Assembly: GCA_965207225.1 (NCBI GenBank)
Contig: CBDBLV010000005.1
Coordinates: 1,632,001-1,696,000, forward strand
Direction of reading: 5' to 3'
DNA from: Dehalococcoidia bacterium
Lineage (GTDB): Bacteria > Chloroflexota > Dehalococcoidia > Plut-88900
Length of the DNA stretch: 64,000 nt
In this document: piece after piece, positions 1 to 9,458 of the stretch
Layout of the letters: each line of letters opens with the position of its first letter
Position numbering within the stretch: position 1 is the stretch's first letter
Position numbers and translations under genes: made by a program
Notes under the pieces: model-generated
The model's input: the letters and a program-made list of their open reading frames with translations, nothing else
Told to the model about the DNA's origin: nothing
Database searches by the model: none

Positions 1-244
1 TGAGGCGGGAATTGATCTCAACCAGGGTAGCGTCTTGGGCGGTCATCATCTGGAAGTAGGTGGAGGTCTCCCGGTAAGCCTTGGGTGCGACCCGCGGGCC
101 GATCTGGTCGGGGCTGGAAACGTCGTAAGGAACGCCAAAGATGCCGAACATGCTGGGTGTCAGTTCGTCGATGACGCCCGTGGGTGCCCCGATGAAGGTC
201 ATCAGGCCGCTGGTCTTGGGAATGGGGCCTCTGCGGATGGGCAT
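1..244 (-). CDS. Ureohydrolase (agmatinase/arginase family) protein, N-terminal part; runs off the window edge
   Basis: Not in the ORF track. Manual translation from ATG 244 gives MPIRRGPIPKTSGLMTFIGAPTG...GIFGVPYDVSSPDQIGPRVAPKAYRETS, matching the TF..P / GxPYD / GxRxGP..IR pattern of the three paralogues at 949-3912. Confidence 0.75.
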   Translation of the reverse strand, partial: MPIRRGPIPKTSGLMTFIGAPTGVIDELTPSMFGIFGVPYDVSSPDQIGPRVAPKAYRETSTYFQMMTAQDATLVEINSRL

Positions 245-245
245 A

Positions 246-638
246 TCAGATGCCTACTTCCCTGGAACCGCTAACACCGTTGCCGGTTGCAGAGTCGGGC
301 TTTGGATCTCGTTTTCTTGCCCTGCCGCCTATTTTGACGACTTTGACAAAGGCAGATGTCAGAGAAACTACCAGGGCGTACAGCAAGTCTGTGAAGGACT
401 TAAAGAGCATCATCAGAATAGTTATCAGAAAAGCCACGATAGTAACAGCGAGGGACGTAAACAAAAGGTAGTCACCCAAGGTGTAGGGCAGTGAACGATA
501 AACATCCGTTGTACCCGGCACCAATTCAAGCCTGTCAATCCTCAAGGCGACAGTTATAGCCAAGATGACGTTTAGGACAACTATGAAACCGAGAACCAGA
601 AATAAGATATTCCAGCTAGCGAACCGGGGTGGGGCCAA
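246..638 (-). CDS. Small hypothetical membrane protein (2 predicted TM segments)
   Basis: Hydrophobic stretches; GAGGAG RBS before a TTG start; lower GC than neighbours. Confidence 0.5.
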   Translation of the reverse strand: MAPPRFASWNILFLVLGFIVVLNVILAITVALRIDRLELVPGTTDVYRSLPYTLGDYLLFTSLAVTIVAFLITILMMLFKSFTDLLYALVVSLTSAFVKVVKIGGRARKRDPKPDSATGNGVSGSREVGI

Positions 639-717
639 ATGTGAACTCCTCTTCTGAATGTCCTTTATGTGCCTTTGGACTATCCGCTCTCGGGAGGCCA
701 GGAATTGAAGCGTATTA

Positions 718-930
718 TCAGGTCTTTCGCCAAATTAGATTGAAGAATTTGAGAGCCATAAGCAGGACGGTAAGGAGAAATGCCAGCATGGTGAGTACGG
801 AGGCGAGCAGCAGGGAAATGCCCACGCTGTCGTGGAGCAGGACGTGGAGAATCCAGAGGATGATGCTGGCAACCAGGAACAGAACCTGGGCTGCGAGCAG
901 CTTGAGCCAGGTGAAACCGCTTAACTTCAT
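718..930 (-). CDS. Small hypothetical membrane protein (2 TM)
   Basis: 70 aa, two hydrophobic helices, starts just after the ureohydrolase stop codon. Confidence 0.5.
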   Translation of the reverse strand: MKLSGFTWLKLLAAQVLFLVASIILWILHVLLHDSVGISLLLASVLTMLAFLLTVLLMALKFFNLIWRKT

Positions 931-948
931 ATCGATTCACTGATGTGT

Positions 949-1920
949 TCAATAGACCTCAAAGATTTTGAGGGTGATGAGCTTTATGAGGGCCTCGGCG
1001 GCGAAACGGGGTGTACGGCTGCTGGGGTCGAGGGGTGGGGAGGTCTCGACGAGGTCCATGGAGCCGATGGGGAACTGGGACAGGGGCCCGAGGATCCGGA
1101 AGAGGGTCGAGGCGGTCATAGCTCCCATGGTGACGGAGCCGGTGCCATCGGAGAAGCCAGCGTCTATCACGTCGATGTCGAAGCTCATGTAGATGGTGTC
1201 GCAGCCTCGCATGGCCAGCTCTCCGGCGCGGTAGCCGACGGTCTCGGGACCCATTTCCTCAACGTCTTCGCTGGTGAAGATGGTGCCTCCGTAGCGCCGG
1301 ATAAGCTCGACCTGGTCGAGGTAGCAGGGGCCCTGGATGCCGATGAAGACCATGTTTGCGGGCTCCATGGCATCGAGTTCGGAGATGCGCCGGGCGTTGG
1401 TGCCGTTCATGTACTTGCCGTAGGGGCCGTAGGAATCGGCGAAGTCCAGGTGTCCGTCGATGTGGATGTAGCCGACGCGGGCGTTGGGTCTAAGTCGGCC
1501 CAGGGCCCGGGTGTAGCCAAGGCAGGATGGGTAGCCGACGTAGTGGTCGCCGCCCAGGCAGACGGAGAATCCGCCCCGCATCACCACCTCAGAAACACCG
1601 CCGGCGATACCCTCGGTGGCCTTCATCACGTCGGAGGGGTAGGAGTTGAAGTCTCCGACATCGACGAGGGGGAAATCGTTGGGGCGGATTAGGGTGTGGC
1701 CAGTCGTTACGTCTATGAGGCCCTCGGGGGCGTGGTCGAACTTCTGGGAGACGTTAAGAGAGTGGTGGCGGATGCCCCGAGGGCCGTAGCGTTCGCCGAA
1801 GCGGTCCCGGAGGCTGTGGGGTGCGCCGCTTATGACGGTCATGCCGGGCTGTACGTCGGAGAGGCCGACGAGGGGAGCGCCCATGAAAGTCGGGGCTGAG
1901 GTATGTGCGTAGTCCTGCAT
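949..1920 (-). CDS. Ureohydrolase (agmatinase family), metal ligands intact
   Basis: GGDH, HIDGHLD and SFDIDVID motifs. Confidence 0.9.
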   Translation of the reverse strand: MQDYAHTSAPTFMGAPLVGLSDVQPGMTVISGAPHSLRDRFGERYGPRGIRHHSLNVSQKFDHAPEGLIDVTTGHTLIRPNDFPLVDVGDFNSYPSDVMKATEGIAGGVSEVVMRGGFSVCLGGDHYVGYPSCLGYTRALGRLRPNARVGYIHIDGHLDFADSYGPYGKYMNGTNARRISELDAMEPANMVFIGIQGPCYLDQVELIRRYGGTIFTSEDVEEMGPETVGYRAGELAMRGCDTIYMSFDIDVIDAGFSDGTGSVTMGAMTASTLFRILGPLSQFPIGSMDLVETSPPLDPSSRTPRFAAEALIKLITLKIFEVY

Positions 1921-1933
1921 GGTGTTTGGGGCG

Positions 1934-2917
1934 CTAAGGGTAGGCGAGGGCCTCCCCGGCGAGGAAACGGATGACTATCCAGGCCCCGAGCCGTTGTCCT
2001 GTGGCGGAGACCATGTTGATGGTCGGGTTCATGCCGACGAGGTCAAGGGCCCCGGCCTTCTTGCGGCGAAGGATGTCTACAGCTTTCAGTAGCTCGACGT
2101 TGGTGAGGCCATCGAAGCAGGGGTCGGCGGTGGCGGCGACGATGCCGCCATCCATCACGTCAAAGTCAATGCTGACGTAGACGGAATCACAGCCGTCACC
2201 GGCGATGGCCATAGCCTCTTCGACCACGGGCTGGAGGCCCCGTTGCCGGATGTCGGCGAGGGTGAAGACGGAGAGGTCATTTTCTCGGGCGTAGTCCCAC
2301 TCCTCTCGGCGGACGTAGCCGTTGACGCCCACCCAGACCATGTTCTTCGGGGAAACGGCGCCCGAATCCAGGATGCGTCGGGCGGTGGCGCCGCGCCAGA
2401 CGTCTCCCCAAACGGGATCACTTGACCCGAGGTCGAGGCGGCTGGAAAGCTGGATATAGCCAACGCTGCCGCCCGAGCGTTCGCGCACGGCATCGGCGTA
2501 GCCGAGGCAGAGGGGGTAGGAGATGAAATGGTCGCCGCCGAGGACTACTGGGGTCGCACCCGTGGAGGCTACTTCGTAAAGAGAGCGTCGCAACTCCTTC
2601 TCGGTGCGGGGCCAGTCGAGGGGATAGGCGTTGAAATCGCCGAGGTCGAGGATCTGGGAGCGTCGGGCGCCGCTCATGCGGTCCCCGGTGGTGATTTCGA
2701 CTAGGTCGTTGCGGGAGAAGGCGCCGGCGTAGTAGGAAGCGCTGTCTCGAATGGCCCGGCCTCCGAAGCGCGAGCCGATGCGGGAGGTGCAGGATAGATC
2801 GTAGGAGACGCCGCAGATGGCAACCATGCCCTCTCTGAGGTGCTCAAGGTCCCCGCGGGGCAGGTCCATGAAGGTGGTAATGCCCGGCGTGGAAACGGGT
2901 GCGGATTGCGTAGTCAT
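1934..2917 (-). CDS. Ureohydrolase-family protein, partly degenerate metal site
   Basis: GGDH and SIDFD retained; DxHxD replaced by SSRLD. Start placed at MTTQS to avoid overlap with the upstream gene. Confidence 0.85.
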   Translation of the reverse strand: MTTQSAPVSTPGITTFMDLPRGDLEHLREGMVAICGVSYDLSCTSRIGSRFGGRAIRDSASYYAGAFSRNDLVEITTGDRMSGARRSQILDLGDFNAYPLDWPRTEKELRRSLYEVASTGATPVVLGGDHFISYPLCLGYADAVRERSGGSVGYIQLSSRLDLGSSDPVWGDVWRGATARRILDSGAVSPKNMVWVGVNGYVRREEWDYARENDLSVFTLADIRQRGLQPVVEEAMAIAGDGCDSVYVSIDFDVMDGGIVAATADPCFDGLTNVELLKAVDILRRKKAGALDLVGMNPTINMVSATGQRLGAWIVIRFLAGEALAYP

Positions 2918-2931
2918 CAGGGTGTCGGGGG

Positions 2932-3912
2932 TCAGGCGCCGAAGACCCGGGGGGCGATTAGCTCGATGATGCACTGGGCGGCGAGGCGCTCGGAGCGGCC
3001 CCGGACGTCGAGGCCCGGGGCTACTTCCACCACGTCCAGGGCGGCGATCTCGGAGGAGGTGGACAGGGCGCGCATGAGAGCCAACAGGTCTCTGGGGACG
3101 ACGCCACCGACCACTATATCGGCGGTGCCGGAGGCGTAGCCTGAGTCTACGACACCGATGTCGAGGCTGACGTAAATGGCGTTGCAGCCGTCTCCGGCGA
3201 GGTCAAGGGCTCGTTGGGCAGCGGCCTCGGAGCCCTGTTCTTTCAGGGAGTCGGCGGTGATTACGGTGACTCCCTGGTCTCGGGCGTGGTCCCATTCGCG
3301 GTAGGGTATGTAACCCTGGACGCCGATGCACACGGTGTTCCTGGCCTGGACGTTGCCAGCGTCGAGGATGCGATGGAGGGACGCACCTGTCCAGTCGGGG
3401 CCGTGGGAGGAGTCGGGATTGGCGAGGGAAAGCTGGCCGGATAAACGGATGAGGCCGACATTTTGTCCCAGGCCTTCGGCCAGGCCTCCGACCAAGGGGA
3501 AGGTGATGAAGCGATCGCCGCCGAGGGCCACGGGGAAGCCGCTGGATTTCGAGATACGAGAGAAGGCATCGGTGCAGGCATCAATGACGCCCTGTGAGTC
3601 CAGGGGGGAAGACTGGAGGTCACCGAGGTCTACGAGGGCATTGGTACTGGGGGTGTTGAGAACTCGGCCGGAGATGACGTCGATGAGGGCGCCGGACTGG
3701 GAGGCCTGGAGGTCGTAGATGAAATCTGCGCTGGCTTCGCGGATGGACCTGGGGCCCTGGCGAACGCCCTGCCGGGAGGTGGATGCGCCGTCATAGGGGA
3801 TGCCGACGACGGCGACGGCACCTGGCTGGATGTCGTCGAAGTCGGCTCTCGGGGCACGGGCGAAGGAGTTTATGCCGGCGAACGAGGGTAAGAGGTCTCG
3901 CTGGTAGGGCAC
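2932..3912 (-). CDS. Ureohydrolase-family protein, degenerate metal site
   Basis: GIPYDG and GVRQGP fold motifs present; GGDR, SGQLS and SLDIG replace the ligand motifs. Confidence 0.85.
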   Translation of the reverse strand: MPYQRDLLPSFAGINSFARAPRADFDDIQPGAVAVVGIPYDGASTSRQGVRQGPRSIREASADFIYDLQASQSGALIDVISGRVLNTPSTNALVDLGDLQSSPLDSQGVIDACTDAFSRISKSSGFPVALGGDRFITFPLVGGLAEGLGQNVGLIRLSGQLSLANPDSSHGPDWTGASLHRILDAGNVQARNTVCIGVQGYIPYREWDHARDQGVTVITADSLKEQGSEAAAQRALDLAGDGCNAIYVSLDIGVVDSGYASGTADIVVGGVVPRDLLALMRALSTSSEIAALDVVEVAPGLDVRGRSERLAAQCIIELIAPRVFGA

Positions 3913-3959
3913 GGGGGCCTCCTTTCAGGGGGATTGGATTATAGCATGGGGGTGGGAAA

Positions 3960-4020
3960 GGAACCCTCACCCCCTTTATCCCCCTCTACCTCTAGTTCAA
4001 TACTGGGAAAAAGGGAGGGG
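3960..4020. repeat. Interspersed repeat family A, internally deleted copy
   Basis: GGAACCCTCACCCCCTT.ATCCCCCTCT joined directly to CCTCTAGTTCAATACTGGGA; same flanks as the copies at 22671 and 33707. Confidence 0.75.
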
Positions 4021-4033
4021 GAGAGGTTGTTCG

Positions 4034-4062
4034 TTGACTGGGGTAGGGGGTTTGCCTACACT
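4034..4062 (+). promoter_or_regulatory. Putative sigma70 promoter of the alaS operon
   Basis: TTGACT-17 nt-TACACT. Confidence 0.5.
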
Positions 4063-4125
4063 ACGATAGAATCTTGAAACAGTTTCAACAAAACGCAAGG
4101 GTCCTGGGTTAGAGAAAGAGCAGAT

Positions 4126-6783
4126 TTGAGGAGCGATGAGCTAAGACGGGAATTCCTGTCTTTCTATGAATCCAAGGGACACCTGGTCATACCCAGTTCG
4201 TCCCTCATTCCCATCGGGGATCCGACACTGCTGCTTACGAGCGCGGGGGTGGTGCAGATCAAGCCGTTCTTCACTGGTGAGGCGAAGGCGCCCGCGCCCC
4301 GGATTGCATCTTGCCAGAAGTGTTTCCGGACGACGGACATTGACTCGGTGGGGGATGCGGACCACCTGACATTCTTCGAAATGCTGGGTAATTTCAGCGT
4401 TGCAGACTATTTCAAGAAGGAAGCGATAGAGTGGGCCTGGGAGCTGGTGACGGGGCGGCTGAAGCTGCCGCCGGAGAGGCTGTGGGTAAGCGTTTTCCTG
4501 GATGACGACGAGTCGTACGAATACTGGCGGGGGCTGGGGGTGCCGGAGGAGCGGATGGTGCGGTACGACGAGAGCGAGAACTGGTGGGGGCCTCCTGGGG
4601 ACTCGGGGCCGTGCGGTCCATGCACGGAGATCTACTACGACTTCGGTGAAGAATTGTCGTGCGGCAAGCCCGACTGCGGCCCGGCCTGCGACTGCAACAG
4701 GTTCACGGAGTTTTATAACCTGGTGCTAACCGAATACTACCAGGACACCGAGGGCAACCGGACGCCTTTGCCCAACGGTAACATCGACACGGGCATGGGG
4801 CTAGAACGGACGGCGGCGATCCTGCAAGGCGTGACGAACGTCTATGAGACCGACGGTTTCCAGGCGATCATGGCGAAGGTGTCGGAGGTGACAGGACGGA
4901 GGTATGGGGCGGACCGGGATAGGGACGTGGCGATGCGGGTGCTGGCGGAGCACGGTCGGGGGACGACGTTCCTGGTCTGCGATGGAGTAGTGCCGTCCAA
5001 CGAGGGTCGGGGGTACGTGCTGAGGAGGATATTGCGTCGGGCGGTGACATACGCGAGGAAGTTGGGGGTGCGTAGACCGGTGCTAGTAACTATAGCGGAG
5101 ACGGTCATCGATAATATGAAGGAAGCCTACCCGGACCTGGAGCGGAACCGGGAGTTCGTGCTGAAGGTGATCGAGCAGGAAGAGGACCGTTTCCATGACA
5201 CCCTAGACGCGGGGATGGCTGAACTCAAGGCGATCATGGACGGGCAGTCTCGGGTGGAGGCGGATGGCCACATAACGATAGTCGATGATGAGATCAACCC
5301 CAGCACGGTATTCATGTTGTATGACACTTACGGATTTCCTGCCGAGCTTACACAAGAGTTTGCTGCCGAGCGCGGGTTTCGGGTGAACATGGCCGGATTC
5401 AACAGGGCGATGGAGGCGCAGAGAGCCAGGAGCAGGGCCGCCAAGGGGTTTGGCAGGGACAAGACCGCGGAAGCCTATGCAGCAGCGGGGGTGTGGACTA
5501 CCGAGTTCACGGGTTACGAGAACCTGGTCGGGGATTCGGTGGTTGTGGGGCTGTTGAGGGAGGGGGTGTCGGTGCAGAGGGTGGGAGAGGGTGAAGAGGT
5601 GGAAGTGGTGACTATGGAGACGCCGTTCTACGCCGAGGGCGGAGGCCAGGTCGGGGACAGGGGAGAGATAACAGGCGTGAGCGGGCGATTCTTGGTTGAA
5701 GACACGCAGGCGACTCAGCTTGGGTTCTACGTACACAGGGGGAGGGTAGTGGATGGCGAGATGGGTGTCGGGGAGCCGGTGAAGATGACGGTGGACCCGG
5801 GGCACAGGAGGGAGTCGACGCGGAACCATACAGCTACACACCTGCTGCATGCAGCGTTGAGGCAGGTACTGGGACAGCATGTCCGGCAGGCGGGGTCGCT
5901 GGTTGCGCCGGACAGGCTGAGGTTCGACTTCACGCACCCGGTGGGGTTGGGTCGGGGGGACCTGCAAAGTATCCGGGACCTGGTGAATGACAAGATTCGC
6001 TTGGACTTGTCGGTATCCAATGACTCGGCGCCTTATTCGGAGGCGATTAGCAGGGGGGCGCTGGCGTTCTTCGGGGACAAGTACCCGGACGTCGTGAGGC
6101 TGGTGTCGATGGGCGAGGGTAACGACAGGTTCAGCTTCGAGGTGTGCGGCGGGACGCACGTGGGCCGGACAGGAGAAGTTTGGAACTTCCAGGTTACGGA
6201 TGAAGGGAGCATAGGGTCGGGGCTGAGGAGGATTGAAGCGGTGACCGGGGCGTCGGTGCAGGAACTGCTGGCAAAGCGGTACGACCTGGTCGACGAGATA
6301 TCGGCGCAACTGCAGTCGGCGCCGGATGATATTGCGAAGAAGATAATGTCGTTGATGGAGGAGCTGGAAGCACAACGTAGGAGAGCTGATCGGCTGGAGC
6401 GGGATGCGGGGCGTCGGGAGGCTGAGGACCTGCTGACGCAGGTACAGGACGTTGACGGGGCCAAAGTGGTCGCAGCACGAGTTGACGCCCCGAATATCGA
6501 GACTATGCGGGAGATGGGAGACCTGCTTAAGGCGAAGCTGGGCAGCGTGTTCGTGGTGCTGGGGTCGGTGATCAATGACCGGCCAGCGTTCATAGCAATG
6601 GCCACACCCGACCTGGCGGCAAGGGGATTGCACGCAGGGAATATCGTGAAGCAGGTGGCCAAGGTTGCGGGAGGGGGAGGGGGAGGAAGTGCGGAGATGG
6701 CACAGGCGGGTGGGAAGGACAAGAGCAAGGTGTCGGCGGCGCTGGAGGAGGTGGCGAGGTTGGTTAGAGAGGGTGGGGGGTAA
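4126..6783 (+). CDS. alaS: Alanine--tRNA ligase
   Basis: DPTLLLTSAG, HLTFFEMLGNFS, IDTGMGLER, editing HxxxH and CGGTH, C-terminal GGGGG DHHA1 domain. Confidence 0.98.
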   Translation: MRSDELRREFLSFYESKGHLVIPSSSLIPIGDPTLLLTSAGVVQIKPFFTGEAKAPAPRIASCQKCFRTTDIDSVGDADHLTFFEMLGNFSVADYFKKEAIEWAWELVTGRLKLPPERLWVSVFLDDDESYEYWRGLGVPEERMVRYDESENWWGPPGDSGPCGPCTEIYYDFGEELSCGKPDCGPACDCNRFTEFYNLVLTEYYQDTEGNRTPLPNGNIDTGMGLERTAAILQGVTNVYETDGFQAIMAKVSEVTGRRYGADRDRDVAMRVLAEHGRGTTFLVCDGVVPSNEGRGYVLRRILRRAVTYARKLGVRRPVLVTIAETVIDNMKEAYPDLERNREFVLKVIEQEEDRFHDTLDAGMAELKAIMDGQSRVEADGHITIVDDEINPSTVFMLYDTYGFPAELTQEFAAERGFRVNMAGFNRAMEAQRARSRAAKGFGRDKTAEAYAAAGVWTTEFTGYENLVGDSVVVGLLREGVSVQRVGEGEEVEVVTMETPFYAEGGGQVGDRGEITGVSGRFLVEDTQATQLGFYVHRGRVVDGEMGVGEPVKMTVDPGHRRESTRNHTATHLLHAALRQVLGQHVRQAGSLVAPDRLRFDFTHPVGLGRGDLQSIRDLVNDKIRLDLSVSNDSAPYSEAISRGALAFFGDKYPDVVRLVSMGEGNDRFSFEVCGGTHVGRTGEVWNFQVTDEGSIGSGLRRIEAVTGASVQELLAKRYDLVDEISAQLQSAPDDIAKKIMSLMEELEAQRRRADRLERDAGRREAEDLLTQVQDVDGAKVVAARVDAPNIETMREMGDLLKAKLGSVFVVLGSVINDRPAFIAMATPDLAARGLHAGNIVKQVAKVAGGGGGGSAEMAQAGGKDKSKVSAALEEVARLVREGGG

Positions 6784-6807
6784 GATGTTGGCTGAACAAT
6801 TCACCGT

Positions 6808-6866
6808 CACCCCACCCCTTCCGCTCTTGAGACCCTTCGACTCCGCTCAGGGCGAACGGAATGCCC
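6808..6866. repeat. Interspersed palindromic repeat family B
   Basis: TTCCGCTCTTGAGACCCTTCGACTCCGCTCAGGGCGAACGGAA; near-identical copy at ~44996-45053. Confidence 0.8.
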
Positions 6867-6918
6867 TACACCACGGATTGGACGCGGGTCGGGTGTTGGA
6901 TAAGGTAAAGAGGGCGGA

Positions 6919-7344
6919 ATGCGGTTGATGGGGTTGGACGTGGGGGACGTGAGGATTGGGGTGGCGGTGAGCGATCCGACGGGTGTGGTGGTCGAGCCCA
7001 GGGATGCTGTGAAGGCTGGGACACGGGCGGGAGCCATTGAACAGATAGCTCAGTTAGTTGAGAGTGAAGAGATTGGTCAGGTTGTGGTTGGAATGCCGGT
7101 GTCGCTGGACGGGGGGGTGGGGAGGCAGGGGGAGAAGACGAAGGTGTTTGTGGAGTTGCTTGAAGAGCGGATATCGATTCCGGTGCGGACCTGGGACGAG
7201 AGTTACTCCTCGCTGGCGGCGGATGGGATTATGAGGGAGTCGGGGAGCAGGAAGGGACGGAGGACGGAGAGGCGGGACTCGGTGGCGGCAGCGGTGATAC
7301 TGGAGGAATACCTCAAGGGACGCGTAAGGGCACCGAACCCCTAA
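6919..7344 (+). CDS. ruvX: YqgF/RuvX family nuclease (pre-16S rRNA maturation)
   Basis: GLDVGDVRIGVAVSD, VVGMP, WDE, DSVAAAVIL; typical position after alaS. Confidence 0.95.
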   Translation: MRLMGLDVGDVRIGVAVSDPTGVVVEPRDAVKAGTRAGAIEQIAQLVESEEIGQVVVGMPVSLDGGVGRQGEKTKVFVELLEERISIPVRTWDESYSSLAADGIMRESGSRKGRRTERRDSVAAAVILEEYLKGRVRAPNP

Positions 7345-7361
7345 TCACTGGGTGATGTTCG

Positions 7362-8204
7362 ATGGGCAAGTCTCTAGGAATAATCGGCTACCCATTAGGG
7401 CACTCGATTTCTCCGATTTTCCAGCAGGCGGCATTGGATGCCGAGGGCATCAACGCGACTTACGAAGGCTGGGAGACGGCACCCGAGGACCTGGATAGCC
7501 GGCTGGAGAGCTTTCGGTCGGAGGGGTTTGTCGGGGCGAGCGTGACGATTCCACACAAAGAATCGGTGATGCCTTTACTGGACGACGTGAGTGAGACGGC
7601 AAGGCTGATCGGCAGTGTGAACACGATAGTGCACCGAGATAGCAAACTGTCTGGGCACAATACGGATGCGCCAGGCTTCCTGCGAGGGTTGAAAGAGCAA
7701 GGCGGTTTCGATCCGAAAGGGAAGGATGTTGTTGTAGTGGGGACAGGAGGGGCGGGTCGGGCTGTGGTATTCGGGCTGGCGGGGGAAGGGGTATCGTCGA
7801 TGATGCTGGTGAACCGGACGTTGAGTCGGGCGGAGAGGCTGGGGGAGGAGGTGTCGCAAGCGTTTCCGGCGTTGAGGTTGTCGGTGGAAGGGGAGATACC
7901 CGAAGGCGCTGAGTATGATTTGCTGGTGAATGGGACGTCTGTGGGGATGAGGCACACGGCGATGGAGGATGCGTCGCCCGTGCCACGGGAGCGGCTCGTG
8001 CCGGGGTCGCTGGTCTACGACCTGATATATAATCCTGAGGAGACGGCGCTGCTGAAGCTGGCTAAAGAGGTCGGGGCGAAGACCCTGGGTGGACTGCCGA
8101 TGCTGGTGTTCCAGGGGGCCGAGGCTTTCGAGCTGTGGTTTGGGCGCCGGGCCCCGGTGGAGGCGATGTTCAAGGCGGCACGAGAAGCGATGGCAAATAG
8201 ATGA
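7362..8204 (+). CDS. aroE: Shikimate dehydrogenase
   Basis: GYPLGHSISP, VTIPHK, GHNTD, GTGGAGRA, DLIYNP. Confidence 0.95.
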   Translation: MGKSLGIIGYPLGHSISPIFQQAALDAEGINATYEGWETAPEDLDSRLESFRSEGFVGASVTIPHKESVMPLLDDVSETARLIGSVNTIVHRDSKLSGHNTDAPGFLRGLKEQGGFDPKGKDVVVVGTGGAGRAVVFGLAGEGVSSMMLVNRTLSRAERLGEEVSQAFPALRLSVEGEIPEGAEYDLLVNGTSVGMRHTAMEDASPVPRERLVPGSLVYDLIYNPEETALLKLAKEVGAKTLGGLPMLVFQGAEAFELWFGRRAPVEAMFKAAREAMANR

Positions 8205-9391
8205 GTAATATCAGGTTCCTGACCAGCGGAGAGTCCCACGGACAGGGGCTCTCAATCATTATTGAGGGAATCCCCGCGGGGATAGCCGTGGACGAGGACT
8301 ACATCCGGGTAGACCTGGCGCGCCGTCAGAAGGGGTACGGGCGGGGGGGCCGGATGCAGATAGAGAAGGACAGGGCGCTTATTAAGTCGGGGGTGAGGCA
8401 CGGGGTCACGCTGGGGAGTCCAATCGGGATGTGGATAGAGAACAGGGACTGGGAGAACTGGCAGGAGGTGATGGCGGTGGAGGAGGTGAACGGGCAGGTG
8501 AAGAAGGTGACCCGGCTGAGGCCCGGCCACGCAGACATGCCCGGTATCCTGAAGTACAAGCAGGACGATGTCCGAAACATCCTTGAAAGGGCCAGCGCCC
8601 GGGAGACGGCGGCGCGGGTAGCTGTAGGGGCGGTGTGCAGGAAGCTGCTTGGGGAACTGGGCATTGCAATACATAGCAACACGCTGTCTATCGGGGGGCA
8701 CGAAGTCAGCAAACCGATGCCGGAGGACTGGGGGGTCGTGGAGGAGTCGGTGGTGCGGTGCCACGAGCCGGACGTCGAGGCGAAGATGATTGCGGCGATA
8801 GATGCTGCGAAGGAGTCGGGGGACACGGTGGGCGGGGTGTTCCAGGTGGTGGCTTCGGGGGTGCCGATAGGCATCGGGAGCCACGTACACTGGGACAGGA
8901 AGCTGGATGCCAACCTGGCGCAGGCGATGATGAGCATAAACGCTGTGAAGGGAGTGGAGGTGGGGCCGGGGTTCGAGCAGGCGCAGATGCTGGGGTCCCA
9001 GGTACACGACGTAATCGAGCCGTTCGACGGGCGCCGGGGGCGGACGTGGAAACGGATATCGAATCGGGCGGGGGGAATCGAGGGGGGGATGAGCAACGGT
9101 GAGGATATCGTGGTGCGGGTGGCGATAAAGCCGATATCGACGCTGGCAAAGCCTTTGCCGTCGGTGGACCTGGTCACGGGAGAGAAGATCCAGGCGCACT
9201 ATGAACGGAGCGACGTTTGCCAGGCGCCACCGGGAGGAATTGTGGGCGAGGCTATGATGGCTATAGTCCTGGCGGATGCAGTGATGGAGAAGTTCGGGGG
9301 GGACCACATCGAAGAGACTGTGCGGAACATGAAGTCGTACGTGGAGACGGTGGAAGGGCCCGTAGAAGCCGGAGCCTCAGTCGACTCCTAG
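8201..9391 (+). CDS. aroC: Chorismate synthase
   Basis: GESHG, RPGHAD, RASARETAAR, GGIEGGMSNG. Confidence 0.98.
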   Translation: MSNIRFLTSGESHGQGLSIIIEGIPAGIAVDEDYIRVDLARRQKGYGRGGRMQIEKDRALIKSGVRHGVTLGSPIGMWIENRDWENWQEVMAVEEVNGQVKKVTRLRPGHADMPGILKYKQDDVRNILERASARETAARVAVGAVCRKLLGELGIAIHSNTLSIGGHEVSKPMPEDWGVVEESVVRCHEPDVEAKMIAAIDAAKESGDTVGGVFQVVASGVPIGIGSHVHWDRKLDANLAQAMMSINAVKGVEVGPGFEQAQMLGSQVHDVIEPFDGRRGRTWKRISNRAGGIEGGMSNGEDIVVRVAIKPISTLAKPLPSVDLVTGEKIQAHYERSDVCQAPPGGIVGEAMMAIVLADAVMEKFGGDHIEETVRNMKSYVETVEGPVEAGASVDS

Positions 9392-9458
9392 ATCGGCCCC
9401 GACTACAGATGTGACCCATATCAACTGTTAGATTCGTTTATGTTGATAGTAGTCACTC

